Shown one piece after another: positions 20,202-30,308 of a stretch of DNA of 64,000 nucleotides. Source of the DNA: Candidatus Methanoperedenaceae archaeon (GTDB lineage: Archaea > Halobacteriota > Methanosarcinia > Methanosarcinales > Methanoperedenaceae); assembly GCA_963753595.1 (NCBI GenBank), contig CAVWCX010000036.1:150349-214348 (forward strand), given 5' to 3'. The stretch's first letter is position 1; each line of letters begins with the position of its first letter. The notes beneath the pieces are model-generated. The model saw nothing but the letters and a program-made list of their open reading frames with translations. It did not search any database and was not told where the DNA came from. The position numbers were made by a program, and so were the translations under genes.

Positions 20202-21029
20202 TTAATAGTACCTGGGTAAAAGGGCAAACCATTTACAGTCTTCGCCTGAAAAATTTTTATATTTATAATTATCTTTCCAAATTATAGGCATTGTGCTATT
20301 CGGAACAGAATAATAAAATGAAATTAAAAGTCCCCTATCAAAATCAAAACGGCTCTCATTTTTTAATAAATTATTAATTGTTTTTAAATTGGATTTTTCT
20401 TTATCATTAAAAATTTTACAAGAATTACTATAAAATTGACTTGAATTTTCTTGAAGTGTAATACCGCATAAAATTTCAAAATTGGTATTCTGTCTTAATC
20501 TATTTATTCCCTCTGGTGTAGCACATAGGCATAACAAATATGGTTTGTGGCTGGGATTTAACATTCCATTTAATTTATTATTAATATATTCTAAAGACTG
20601 ATTGCCGGTGCCAATTAAATCATCAACAAATATAATTACACTTTCTTGAGGTAAACCTGGTATATCCCAAGGTTTGATGATTTTAAAATTTGAATTTTTC
20701 ATAGAATGTTTTACATCATATAAAATAATGTCGCCACTTTTTGCCGGTTCCCCAAAACTTGTTATGTAACAATTTTCCTGATTAAAAAGAATATTATTCT
20801 GTTCTATAATTTCTTTAATAATAGTTCTAATCTGAATAGCATCAAAAATTTTAATGTTTTTCAATAATTTTATTGTAGTTTTCCAATCTAAATTTGTATT
20901 TTTTTTCCATTTTAATATTGAATTTGCTTTATATCCTTGATATCTTAGCAGTCTTTTTTCTATCTCAGAGCAATTATACCAATAATATATTAGTTTATCT
21001 AAGACATATACCATCTCTAACCCATTCAA
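20202..21029 (-). CDS. Phosphoribosyltransferase-like conflict protein (PRTase-CE type)
   Basis: PAKSG loop, IIFVDDLIGTGNQ PRPP-binding motif, PNSTMPIIW, WFALLPR. Confidence 0.75.
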   Translation of the reverse strand: MNGLEMVYVLDKLIYYWYNCSEIEKRLLRYQGYKANSILKWKKNTNLDWKTTIKLLKNIKIFDAIQIRTIIKEIIEQNNILFNQENCYITSFGEPAKSGDIILYDVKHSMKNSNFKIIKPWDIPGLPQESVIIFVDDLIGTGNQSLEYINNKLNGMLNPSHKPYLLCLCATPEGINRLRQNTNFEILCGITLQENSSQFYSNSCKIFNDKEKSNLKTINNLLKNESRFDFDRGLLISFYYSVPNSTMPIIWKDNYKYKNFSGEDCKWFALLPRYY

Positions 21030-21961
21030 TCAATTTTACTGATAACTTCATTTAAAACATTTTTTAGATTCGAAAGTTGATCTACAAAATAATAATCACT
21101 TATTAAATCGGAGTCTAAATCTTTCAAATTTGCACTAAGAAATCCGATATATTTCAAAATGTTTTTTCTAGCAGTATCGTTTTCAATGTCTGGAGAAGCA
21201 AAAAGTTCAATATTTGCCGATGGACTTGAAATAAATAAATTAATTTTGGATATAAATTCATTAAAATTATTTGATTTTTCATAGTAGGCCATTGCTTTTC
21301 TTATCTCTCTAAATTCTTTGACATCTGTCATTGAAGTACCACTCAAGAACTTTTCAATCATACCATCAACTAATCTTTTTACACCATTTGGATAATCAAA
21401 ACCTTGATGATTACTTAATTTAGCAGCAATTGGATACAATTCGATAAAAAAATCTGTTGAAATTTTATTTCCTTTTTCCATTAATATATTTCTGTAAACT
21501 TCTGGATACCATAAAAGCTGTTTACATCTCCTTATTGTTGATCGATTAACCCCAGTAAATTCAGTTATAACTGATTCTTGATCTGTTCCTAATTGCTTTA
21601 TTACTACGTCAAGCTTTAATGCTGTTGGAAATAGAGCCCATTCTTTACGATAATGGTGAATATTAAACATGAATAAAATATTCTGTGTCACATCTTTCGG
21701 TTCATCAATAACATTTGCAGGAACTACCATTAAACCTAATTCTTTTGCACATCTCCATCTTCTTTCTCCATCAAGCAAAATATAAGGTGTCTTAGGATTA
21801 TCTTTAGTATTTGTATAAACTGTTAATGGAACTAAAATTCCCACTTTAGAGATAGATTTTTTTAATTCCAATAAATCATCGTCCTCAAAAGTTAACCTTG
21901 GATTAAAAGGATTTGGTGAAATATCATTTACCGGAATATCAAATAGTGTTTTTGCTGCCAT
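21026..21961 (-). CDS. ParB/Srx-domain protein
   Basis: NPFNPR, GILVPL, LLDGERRWR; overlaps the PRTase start by 4 bp. Confidence 0.85.
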   Translation of the reverse strand: MAAKTLFDIPVNDISPNPFNPRLTFEDDDLLELKKSISKVGILVPLTVYTNTKDNPKTPYILLDGERRWRCAKELGLMVVPANVIDEPKDVTQNILFMFNIHHYRKEWALFPTALKLDVVIKQLGTDQESVITEFTGVNRSTIRRCKQLLWYPEVYRNILMEKGNKISTDFFIELYPIAAKLSNHQGFDYPNGVKRLVDGMIEKFLSGTSMTDVKEFREIRKAMAYYEKSNNFNEFISKINLFISSPSANIELFASPDIENDTARKNILKYIGFLSANLKDLDSDLISDYYFVDQLSNLKNVLNEVISKID

Positions 21962-22226
21962 TTCAATAACCTTTTATCTAAATTAATTTCAAATTTTCAA
22001 ATCGATATCTCATTTGATTTTATCAAGAGATTGTTCTTACTTTGATTGTTAATGTATTAAATCCTCTGGAATAACCCCTCATATTGCATTTATGGAAGCT
22101 TTTATACACGATGTATGAGCGAAGGCTTTCTCCTCGTCCTTACTAGAAAAACTCGTCTCCTCAGCGGACCTTTTCTATTTCACTAAACTTAAATATTAAT
22201 AGTGATTATTAACCTGAGGTAGACTG

Positions 22227-23126
22227 ATGGCCAAATTTAAATTAGTACCTTTTATAGTTCGTGTGAAACAAAAACATACAAACGAATTTGTTCATTTGAA
22301 TAACGTAGATGAACAAGGCACAGATTTTTTAGGACTTTTAAATCAATGTTTTCAAGTAACACAAAACGTTCGAGTTATGGAGAACAATCAAAAAACCATT
22401 TCAATAGAGCAAGTAAATTCTTCTGGAAGAGATATATATGGTATCGCAAAAAGTGGGGAATATGGCATTGACGCTGACTTTTTTGATATAGAAACCTCTG
22501 AAGTAATACCCCACGCAAGAAGAAGTGAACACTCAGAGACCTTTCCTTTCTTTTTTTATTTTCATCTTCCTATTGGAATGGAACGAGGAATTCTAATTAT
22601 ACAAACATATAAGGTTTATGGAATAAAAACTATTATAGAGAGGACAATCAATGAATATTTTGATGATCTTGGACTTGTCATGGAACTGAACCGGTTGATT
22701 TCGCAGACAATATTAGAGCAGCTTGAACAGAGCCGTTTAGTTGAATTACAATTAATTCGTTATGACGTCCCTCGCGATGTGGCGGATAAAGTCCATGATG
22801 GAAGCCCAGAAGAAATATTCGAAAAGCGAAGCTTTCATGTTCAATATAAAAAAGAAATTAATCTAACAAACCGGATTAGGAATCTTATTTCAGATCGAGA
22901 AACGGTATATTATGAAATTTTAGGTGCCCAGTATGATGAAATTAAAGCAATAATTGAAAAAGATGGGAGAAAAATTACTCTCACATTTGGAGAAAAAGAT
23001 ATATACAGAGAATCCATGCCATTAGATGGAGATATTCCTCTTGAAAGGGGATTTCCAACATATAATTATCTTTTAAGGATGGCTATAGAGTATATGGAGC
23101 TCTTAAGGAGCAGCCTTGGAGAGTAA
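22227..23126 (+). CDS. Hypothetical soluble protein of a two-gene soluble + 4TM module
   Basis: 299-aa ORF, SGEYG and PFFFYF motifs, 5 bp from the TM gene. Confidence 0.6.
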   Translation: MAKFKLVPFIVRVKQKHTNEFVHLNNVDEQGTDFLGLLNQCFQVTQNVRVMENNQKTISIEQVNSSGRDIYGIAKSGEYGIDADFFDIETSEVIPHARRSEHSETFPFFFYFHLPIGMERGILIIQTYKVYGIKTIIERTINEYFDDLGLVMELNRLISQTILEQLEQSRLVELQLIRYDVPRDVADKVHDGSPEEIFEKRSFHVQYKKEINLTNRIRNLISDRETVYYEILGAQYDEIKAIIEKDGRKITLTFGEKDIYRESMPLDGDIPLERGFPTYNYLLRMAIEYMELLRSSLGE

Positions 23127-23131
23127 CTGTA

Positions 23132-23638
23132 ATGTTTGCTTTAATTAATGTTTCATGTATTATAAAAAAACATTTCGATACCCTTAAAGAAGATGCAAAG
23201 TTCGGTTTCATTTTTATCATTTTTGTTTTAATCCCAGTTGTTTTATCGTTCCTATTGGTGTGGATAAATAAACTTTTAACAGAAAATACCGTAAATACTC
23301 TGGTTACGGCATTTTCTATTTTTACGGGTCTTCTTCTCAATGTTATTTTCATCCTTTTTGATATATTGGGTAAATTAGGAAAATATCCTTCTTATGCAAA
23401 AGTAAGGAAGTTACTAATAGAACATTTATACGCAAACTCATTATATGCCCTTCTTATTTCAACAATTCTTTTAATTATAATAATATTGGCTACAATTATC
23501 GAAATTTGGAATAGCGATAATCTGGTATTAACAATCTTTTCTTTTGTAGTTTATTTTAGCGTTGGACATTTCTTAATGACTTTGATAATGATTATTAAAC
23601 GCCTTTTCATATTACTTTCCACACAATTGGAGGAATAG
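23132..23638 (+). CDS. Four-TM membrane protein
   Basis: Four long hydrophobic segments. Confidence 0.7.
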   Translation: MFALINVSCIIKKHFDTLKEDAKFGFIFIIFVLIPVVLSFLLVWINKLLTENTVNTLVTAFSIFTGLLLNVIFILFDILGKLGKYPSYAKVRKLLIEHLYANSLYALLISTILLIIIILATIIEIWNSDNLVLTIFSFVVYFSVGHFLMTLIMIIKRLFILLSTQLEE

Positions 23639-23776
23639 AGAAAAACAATTAATTATATGGTAATATTGTAATATTTCTCATGTTTTCCCTGGGTATTGTA
23701 GTATTCTATAGGAAGATCCGCCGAGATCATCCGGTGAGAGTTCACTAGGAAAAAACTCCATGCCTATTCCTTCGTT

Positions 23777-24790
23777 TTATAATGTCGATACTAAGTTATC
23801 TATTGCATCTTTATACCGGCTAAATGGTTCCGGATTTACCTGAACTTTAAGGTCATGCACTTGATGAGGACCCATCTTTAATTTAGATAGTGATACCCCT
23901 TCATGCGAACAGACAACCGCCACAGTATGAGCATCTGGAACATCTAAAAATCTATTTTCTTTTTTGGAGGAAAATTCAACTCCTTCAGCTTCGAGAGCGT
24001 TTACTCTTTTTATAATTTCATCGAACATTGCTGAAAAAGCTTTTGAAGCTTTCTTGTCAAACTGTGTACTCCTATTGAGAGTAACAACGTATATCGATGG
24101 TAAAGGAAGATTATTCCTTTCAGCTTTATTTGAAAAATTTGCTTCCCCATATATTTTAGAGATTTTCTTTCCATACAATAATCTACCGATATTATCTATT
24201 CCTCTCGCAGAAGAACCGTCTGCTGTGCACGGCACAATTAATCTATCTGCCGCAATAACTGCTAATTCTGTGTAAGCTGAAAAACTTGGATTACAATCGA
24301 TAAAAAATACGGCTTCGGATAATTTTGTTTGTATTGCATCTATGAGATCCTTTAACCAACGATGAACATTAGCCCAAGTGTCTAATGGAAGTGTTTGAGC
24401 ACTAATCTGATTTATCGCTTGTGCTTGAATTTCAAGAGATGGGTCTCCAGCAACAAGATATAAATTATCAGGGAGATTTGCATTATAGGTTTTTGTTAAA
24501 TCAGATAATAGATAACTTGTTTCATTTCCAGTCTTGAATTTCGGACTATTTATTCTTTCATCGAAGTATCCACCAATTGTTCTTCTTTTAGTTTCATTTA
24601 GTAGTTTTGACAGATTGTCTGCTCCTTTTCCATTTCCTCCAAGAATAATTTCGCTTACATTCGCTTGAGGGCATAAATCCATTATAACTACTTTTTTTTT
24701 GGGGTTTTTTACTGCATACTCACAAGCGACCACAAAGCTTAGAAATGTTTTTCCTACTCCGCCTTTATTATTCCAGATTGCATATCTCAT
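23777..24790 (-). CDS. ParA/Soj-family ATPase
   Basis: NNKGGVGKT, DLCPQAN, IDCNPS. Confidence 0.85.
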   Translation of the reverse strand: MRYAIWNNKGGVGKTFLSFVVACEYAVKNPKKKVVIMDLCPQANVSEIILGGNGKGADNLSKLLNETKRRTIGGYFDERINSPKFKTGNETSYLLSDLTKTYNANLPDNLYLVAGDPSLEIQAQAINQISAQTLPLDTWANVHRWLKDLIDAIQTKLSEAVFFIDCNPSFSAYTELAVIAADRLIVPCTADGSSARGIDNIGRLLYGKKISKIYGEANFSNKAERNNLPLPSIYVVTLNRSTQFDKKASKAFSAMFDEIIKRVNALEAEGVEFSSKKENRFLDVPDAHTVAVVCSHEGVSLSKLKMGPHQVHDLKVQVNPEPFSRYKDAIDNLVSTL

Positions 24791-25048
24791 GATACTATAG
24801 ATAGTATAATGCTAATTAAATCTTTTTAGTAAAAGATGAAGTTCTTCTATTCGATGAAGGAAGAGACCATCAAACTCGTAGTTACTGAATAGAAACTTAG
24901 TTAAACGCAGCCGGATGAGAGATTGCCGTCATGCTAGGTCTCCGCGCCAGGTAACAGGTCTTCATTGCGATCTGTTTTTGCCATGGGTACAGATGGGATT
25001 ATGGTCGCTGATGTGCGTATTGCCAGACTGCGAATAGATTATTAGATA

Positions 25049-25432
25049 TTATTTAATAATCAGAGCATTTAACCAAGTTATTGTCATTCCCATTCCTGCG
25101 ACAAGCCCAAGAACAGCACCGCAAAGATAATTGTCCCGCTTTTCCAGGTATTCAATCAAAAAATACAAGGCAGTAAAAAAAATCACTTTTATTAAGACCA
25201 TGATGCTGAAATCATATCTTGTGATTATCCTGACAAGACCGCTTTCAAGCATTCCATTACTTAAGGCGATGTAAGTGGTCGCCAAGTCCCCGATGAAATA
25301 AAAGATGAACCCGAAGATGAAGAGGGCTTTATTGTTTTTGTTCATTTGATGATACATCCTTGACAGTTGATGAGTTCTAACCTTTCTTTTGTCTTCTCTG
25401 ATAATAACTGAACCTTCCGCTGCCATTGACAC
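25049..25432 (-). CDS. Small membrane protein (DUF5658-like; start probably MNKNN)
   Basis: GDLATTYIAL..G..E motif, three TM segments. Confidence 0.55.
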   Translation of the reverse strand: MSMAAEGSVIIREDKRKVRTHQLSRMYHQMNKNNKALFIFGFIFYFIGDLATTYIALSNGMLESGLVRIITRYDFSIMVLIKVIFFTALYFLIEYLEKRDNYLCGAVLGLVAGMGMTITWLNALIIK

Positions 25433-25589
25433 AGTTATTACACCGGGTCAGTGGGTTTGGAATATTGTCATAGTCACATGTTCTGCAACTACCATACTCT
25501 TCCTTACAAAGCGCCTTCTCCTGTTGGCTCTCATGTGCTATGCGAAGATTCGCATGGGTTGCCGTCAGATGCCGGGCACTAATTACCAA
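25377..25589 (-). CDS. Small Cys-rich (CxxC..CxxC) protein
   Basis: ORF track; homologous remnant at 6764-6880. Confidence 0.5.
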   Translation of the reverse strand: MVISARHLTATHANLRIAHESQQEKALCKEEYGSCRTCDYDNIPNPLTRCNNCVNGSGRFSYYQRRQKKG

Positions 25590-25616
25590 GCACCGCTCTT
25601 GGTATAGGTATCGCTT

Positions 25617-26360
25617 CTATACCTCATCCCCCTGAGAATCGAAGAGAACGGTGGCTACCCTCCTTGCCATCTCCCTACTGGCAAACTCCAGCTCAAACTT
25701 CCCATTCTTGTAGAGTCTTGAACTTACGAGGATGGGGTCGGTGATCAGGAGCTTATCCCACGGATACTTTAGATGTTTGTACAAGTTTGCTATTAAGTCG
25801 CCATGAACAACTCTTGGATCTGCATTCTGCAATTGTATTCGGATCAGTTTTTCAAGGGAAGTCACGCGTCTCCCAAAGTCCCATATCCCGTCAGGTGATC
25901 CATCGTACTTGCTCTCTGTGACTGGATGTCTTAACACGAGTGATTTACCCTTAACCAAGTCGTCTGGTGATTTTATCCTCCGATATGGCGACAATAGGTC
26001 AGCTTCTCGGGAGAACTGGGCTTTTAATTCTTCCTGCGCTGTATCGTACTTGGAACTGAATATTGCCATCACTCTATCCACGGTGAAGTAGTAAGGGGCT
26101 TGTGTATCAAGCACTTTGCTTATCTCATCCACGTTTATTTCAACATTTGAGCTCTCGAACTGTGGCCTGAGCACTGCCCATATAGCTTTATTCCGAGCGC
26201 TTTTAACTAGGTCGCCAAGTGGCTCATCAGTCGTTAATGCACTGAACTGTCCTGACTCCGACAGAAGAGCGTTTATATTCTCTACCAATCTCATTGCCTC
26301 TGACCTGCAGGCTAAGAGCTTGTTATATTCTTCCTCTAACTTCCTTTGATCTAATTCCAC
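25617..26360 (-). CDS. Hypothetical protein
   Basis: 247-aa ORF with GAGGTGA RBS. Confidence 0.65.
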   Translation of the reverse strand: MELDQRKLEEEYNKLLACRSEAMRLVENINALLSESGQFSALTTDEPLGDLVKSARNKAIWAVLRPQFESSNVEINVDEISKVLDTQAPYYFTVDRVMAIFSSKYDTAQEELKAQFSREADLLSPYRRIKSPDDLVKGKSLVLRHPVTESKYDGSPDGIWDFGRRVTSLEKLIRIQLQNADPRVVHGDLIANLYKHLKYPWDKLLITDPILVSSRLYKNGKFELEFASREMARRVATVLFDSQGDEV

Positions 26361-26392
26361 ATTATATCACCTCATTGCCACGGCGACACATC

Positions 26393-26602
26393 CTAGAGTA
26401 TGTCTTTTGTGTACTGCTCAACATCCACATTCTCTTCATCAGGTGCGTAGTCCTTGTACTCCTCCAAGACACCATCCTTTTCAGTTTCACTGGACTTTAT
26501 GGCATCGATGTCTATTATTCGGTACAATATTCCTGACCCTTTTGTGGCTGCATTGGTGACAACACCACCTTCTATCGTTATTATTACCTCTGGTTCTTCC
26601 AT
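26393..26602 (-). CDS. Small acidic hypothetical protein
   Basis: ORF in co-oriented cluster. Confidence 0.6.
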   Translation of the reverse strand: MEEPEVIITIEGGVVTNAATKGSGILYRIIDIDAIKSSETEKDGVLEEYKDYAPDEENVDVEQYTKDIL

Positions 26603-26612
26603 GACTGGCCTC

Positions 26613-26978
26613 TCATATGTTCATAGTGGGATACCCCAGGCTTACTGACAGTTGTGCTTCATTACCCATCGTTGATATTGCCTTGACTGTTTCCACAAGG
26701 CGGCTGGCCTTTGCGGCGTTCCTGTCTTCCAAGAATAGCATATGTCTTATGTCGTAGTTGATCATCTCGAAAAGGTCTCTCTTAAAGCAGGCATCACACC
26801 TCTCGCACCAGTCAACGGTTTCCCCACGAAGGGCCTTTTCTATAAGGACTTCTGCATGTTTTGGCGTATGATATCCGATACTGCCCTCAACCATTGCCGC
26901 TACCAGCCAGTCCTTTCCTTTCTCCACTATCAGTTTCTGCAGTTCCGCTGCATCGTTTATTCTCTTTGGTTCTTCCAT
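26613..26978 (-). CDS. Hypothetical protein
   Basis: ORF; TATATAAT box about 25 nt upstream on the minus strand. Confidence 0.65.
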   Translation of the reverse strand: MEEPKRINDAAELQKLIVEKGKDWLVAAMVEGSIGYHTPKHAEVLIEKALRGETVDWCERCDACFKRDLFEMINYDIRHMLFLEDRNAAKASRLVETVKAISTMGNEAQLSVSLGYPTMNI

Positions 26979-27032
26979 AACTTTATCCTCGTTTGTGTTC
27001 TATTATATATGCTCTCGTTTTTTCCTGAACCT

Positions 27033-27064
27033 GCCCGATTTCAGCGCCGCGCGCGAAATCTGGC
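27033..27064. repeat. Dispersed bulged-hairpin element, copy C
   Basis: GCCCGATTTC-A-GCGC-CGC-GCGC-GAAATCTGGC. Confidence 0.9.
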
Positions 27065-27358
27065 TCCAAGATAACCCCTCTCCCCCCGCTTCTCCTCCAT
27101 TGGGTAAAACTCAACCTCGACCGGATTTATGCTTCTGGCCGGGATATTATGGATTCTGAGAAAGGTTACGAACGAGATCCTCCGTGTGTGCTCATTATAT
27201 TCCTCAGCCATGCGATTAACAACACTCTCCGGAGCATTAATATCGGCAAGGAAGTGTGAACTCCTGCCGCCTGTATCCCACCAAAAATCGTAAATCATAT
27301 CAAGCTTGGTCTGCTTCCGTTCTCTTGATTGCATTCTCAATGGCTTCTTCCCAGACAA
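27041..27358 (-). CDS. Hypothetical protein (start probably MIYDF near 27298); stop lies inside hairpin C
   Basis: ORF track. Confidence 0.5.
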   Translation of the reverse strand: MSGKKPLRMQSRERKQTKLDMIYDFWWDTGGRSSHFLADINAPESVVNRMAEEYNEHTRRISFVTFLRIHNIPARSINPVEVEFYPMEEKRGERGYLGARFRARR

Positions 27359-27659
27359 AGTCGAAAGCCGCGTCGATCCCCTTCTTTGTCACACGGGCAA
27401 TTTCATCAAAGTCTTTGCCAGCCAGTGAAAGTCCCTTCTCTTTCGCTACCGCTTTTATGGTTTCCTCGGTCAGGTTCCATAAAGCCCATACTCTCTCTTT
27501 ATCTTCTGTGGGTTCAAGGACTAACTTACATTTTGCCAGTGCCTCCAGCATGTCAGTGTGGTCCTCGTCATCTGGAACCTCGAAACCCAGCTTTATGAGG
27601 TCGGTGTGTATTACCTCGCATACATCTGTACAACCAGGTGTGCTCATTGTTACCCCCAT
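27300..27659 (-). CDS. Hypothetical protein
   Basis: ORF in tightly packed cluster. Confidence 0.6.
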   Translation of the reverse strand: MGVTMSTPGCTDVCEVIHTDLIKLGFEVPDDEDHTDMLEALAKCKLVLEPTEDKERVWALWNLTEETIKAVAKEKGLSLAGKDFDEIARVTKKGIDAAFDFVWEEAIENAIKRTEADQA

Positions 27660-27895
27660 GCGAAGTCTATCTCGCCTGTTTTTTCCATCTCTTCAAGTAT
27701 GACTTCTATAATGCCTGCATCATCGGGACTCTTTACTGCAAAGTCCTTCATTCTCTGCACTCGATTATCATCATCCCGGCTTAGATACAATCTTGTTGGA
27801 GTGCTGTCTATAACGAGAGTATCCAGGAAATCTGCCATCTCGCAACTGATGCTGCCTATGGTGTCATATGTCACTTTACTCAATGTTATTGACAT
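27650..27895 (-). CDS. Hypothetical protein
   Basis: ORF in tightly packed cluster. Confidence 0.6.
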   Translation of the reverse strand: MSITLSKVTYDTIGSISCEMADFLDTLVIDSTPTRLYLSRDDDNRVQRMKDFAVKSPDDAGIIEVILEEMEKTGEIDFAWG

Positions 27896-27918
27896 TGGCT
27901 ACCCCCCGGAACATTTAC

Positions 27919-28311
27919 CTAGGATATATTGAGTTCCTTTGCAGCATGTTCAGAGATTTGAACACCAGAACTATCAGATGGTAGGCGCTTCTGGGCAATC
28001 TCAAACCCTGACACGAAAAGATACTTTGGCAGATATGTAAAAGGAAGATCCCACAGAGTCTTGCGCTTTTTAAAGAAATCTGAGGTCTCAAGGGAGGTTG
28101 TAAGGCCGTTGATCCATGTTGAGTATCTCTTTGCATCGAGAACGATCTCGGTCTTACTGAATAACTTCTTTACAGCCTCATCAAGAGTCTCATCCGTTGT
28201 GTCAAGTTCCCTGCCTATCAAGTCCTTCAAGTTATAGAAATCCGGATTTGTAGTGATGGCCCTCAATGTTTCATTTGCGATCCCTTGCGCTTCATCTTTA
28301 GTCATTACCAT
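27919..28311 (-). CDS. Hypothetical protein
   Basis: ORF with AGGAGG RBS. Confidence 0.6.
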   Translation of the reverse strand: MVMTKDEAQGIANETLRAITTNPDFYNLKDLIGRELDTTDETLDEAVKKLFSKTEIVLDAKRYSTWINGLTTSLETSDFFKKRKTLWDLPFTYLPKYLFVSGFEIAQKRLPSDSSGVQISEHAAKELNIS

Positions 28312-28313
28312 TG

Positions 28314-29039
28314 TTATCCTCCTTTGTTCTGAAGCATCATTCTTAGTGTACCTGCCGCGGGCCCTCTTGGGCTCATCTCACTTGATCCAAATATTTCTTC
28401 CAGCGTCTTCCCATTCAGGATGTTTCCGACTATGAAGAAGAAGTCCTCAGCGAAGTCCTTTGTATCAAGGTCTGTATCGAACAATGCTGTGTACATCTTC
28501 TGTATTATTTCGAGAGGCGCGCTTACCTCTGATATCTGAAGATGATCATGATTGCCCCAAACACTTGGTGGGAGCGTATATGCAAGGTATTCTCCGTCAT
28601 TGGCTAAGTCACCTTGTCCAGGATAACACGGGCTGCAGAGCATTACCCTCGATACCCACTTCGAACGGGTTATCTGAGTTGTATTCTCATTCCCGTTCAC
28701 AATGGCGCTAAACTCTGCATCCAGATCGGGAACGAAATCCCCTTTTAGATCCTTCTTGTACCCAAGGAGATAACTCATTGAAGGACCGTTTTCATAGCAT
28801 TCATCATGGAACTCTCTTTTGCATTCTTTACAGTGCTCTTCAAAATCAACATCGATCGCATGCAAGTCTATTTCTTCTAATAGGAATTCTGGCGCCGTTG
28901 TATCTATGACACCAGCGATGGGAACTTCTGAGGAAACCTCTATCCCATAATGTATTGTTGTTTTCATGCTTTCGCCCCCGCACATTCGAGGATGGTGATT
29001 GTCCTTGGAACCATGATGGTCTTCTCGACCGCCTTGCAT
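28314..29039 (-). CDS. Hypothetical protein (start probably MKTTIH, 28967)
   Basis: ORF; CSPCYPGQGD motif. Confidence 0.6.
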   Translation of the reverse strand: MQGGREDHHGSKDNHHPRMCGGESMKTTIHYGIEVSSEVPIAGVIDTTAPEFLLEEIDLHAIDVDFEEHCKECKREFHDECYENGPSMSYLLGYKKDLKGDFVPDLDAEFSAIVNGNENTTQITRSKWVSRVMLCSPCYPGQGDLANDGEYLAYTLPPSVWGNHDHLQISEVSAPLEIIQKMYTALFDTDLDTKDFAEDFFFIVGNILNGKTLEEIFGSSEMSPRGPAAGTLRMMLQNKGG

Positions 29040-29791
29040 GAATCACACAGGGCTTTGAATACCGATATGGATTCATCCACCGTTGCATCGAACTCTTTAA
29101 TGAGCTTATACCTGGCATTGAGGGAGTAATCCTCCCATTCCTCGAAATCAGCATCCATATCTATGCCTATGCCGGGTTGTGTGAACACCTGCAAGTGTGG
29201 AGTTGAATAATTGACCCTTTCTGGTGCATTGCAACTACCACAGATATTATCTGAAATATACTCAACATTCTTTAAGTCCTTCCTGGTTTGCTGGACTATC
29301 CTCAGTATCTCTTTATTCATTAGTCCGAGTTTTGTAAGTTCTTCCTGTGTTAGATACACTTCTTCTGCCCACCCACTATGAGCGCGGACAAAGTTCTGAA
29401 CAATCTCTTGCGGTGTTGATGCCATAGGAAGAACCTTCTTATAATTTCGTTGCCCGCAGGCTATGCAATGTGACTGATAACCACTTGGTTTCTGTCCACC
29501 CAGGATGAGTACAACATAACCGCCCGAACGGCCATTGAAAGCCATCTGGAACTCGTATTTATGAGCTGTTTCAAAATCTCTCATGAGTTCGTTAATTTCA
29601 TCAAAAGCGCCCTTGGCATATATTATCTCATATGCACGATCCCTCTGTTCATGAGTCAGGTCAAGGTTGCGTATCTTGATATTCCTCGCATAACTGGTGG
29701 CGTTATTCCACGAGTTCATCGTATGATATCGGAAATGATCGCGCAAGAATGCTATCATCTCCTTGCGTGTTGGAGTTTCTTGTTCAGCCAT
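28964..29791 (-). CDS. Mobile-element hypothetical protein with Cys pairs
   Basis: HFRYHTMNSWN..SYA.NIK, FNGRSGGY, two CxxC. Confidence 0.7.
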   Translation of the reverse strand: MAEQETPTRKEMIAFLRDHFRYHTMNSWNNATSYARNIKIRNLDLTHEQRDRAYEIIYAKGAFDEINELMRDFETAHKYEFQMAFNGRSGGYVVLILGGQKPSGYQSHCIACGQRNYKKVLPMASTPQEIVQNFVRAHSGWAEEVYLTQEELTKLGLMNKEILRIVQQTRKDLKNVEYISDNICGSCNAPERVNYSTPHLQVFTQPGIGIDMDADFEEWEDYSLNARYKLIKEFDATVDESISVFKALCDSCKAVEKTIMVPRTITILECAGAKA

Positions 29792-30135
29792 TATTTTTCA
29801 TCCCCCAAAATTGCCTCAAGAACCTCCTCATCAGGATTCAAAGTCGAGACAATATCAACAAGCTCTTCGCGTCCCTTGAGAAAACGCTGAACAACTTCAT
29901 CGCTTCCCGGCATCGTCTGAACCTTACCCATATCCTTGAACCCTGCCGCTATCAAGAAGCTACCAAGTTCATTCAAAACTGTATCTAAGGTAGGCTTACC
30001 GGATACCGGGTATATGGTCAAATTTGTAGCAGCTCCGATCGACTCCGCAGCTTGCCGAGCCTGCGAAATAGCATCCTCTGGGTGCATGTCATCCGGGAAT
30101 GCTAAAATACACGTTATTCTTAACTCTTGTACCAT
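29791..30135 (-). CDS. Hypothetical protein
   Basis: ORF with GAGGAG RBS, downstream of hairpin D. Confidence 0.6.
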   Translation of the reverse strand: MVQELRITCILAFPDDMHPEDAISQARQAAESIGAATNLTIYPVSGKPTLDTVLNELGSFLIAAGFKDMGKVQTMPGSDEVVQRFLKGREELVDIVSTLNPDEEVLEAILGDEK

Positions 30136-30192
30136 TGTTATTCTCCTCTGGACTCAGCCAGATCTTACAAGCGCCGCCATTTGTCTGAATCC

Positions 30193-30225
30193 GTCTGATT
30201 TCAGCACCGCAGTGCGAAATCAGGC
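30193..30225. repeat. Dispersed bulged-hairpin element, copy D
   Basis: GTCTGATTTC-A-GCAC-CGCA-GTGC-GAAATCAGGC. Confidence 0.9.
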
Positions 30226-30308
30226 ATTAAGAATAATTTAAGTAATACAATAGTATTGAAATAGTAATACTACATCAGAATTATGTATGTAATAAGGCGA
30301 AAAAAAGA

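Noticed and set aside
21026-24790. ParA and ParB as a partition cassette
   Set aside because: They are separated by two opposite-strand genes, ParB is coupled to a PRTase instead, and no parS-like repeats were seen.
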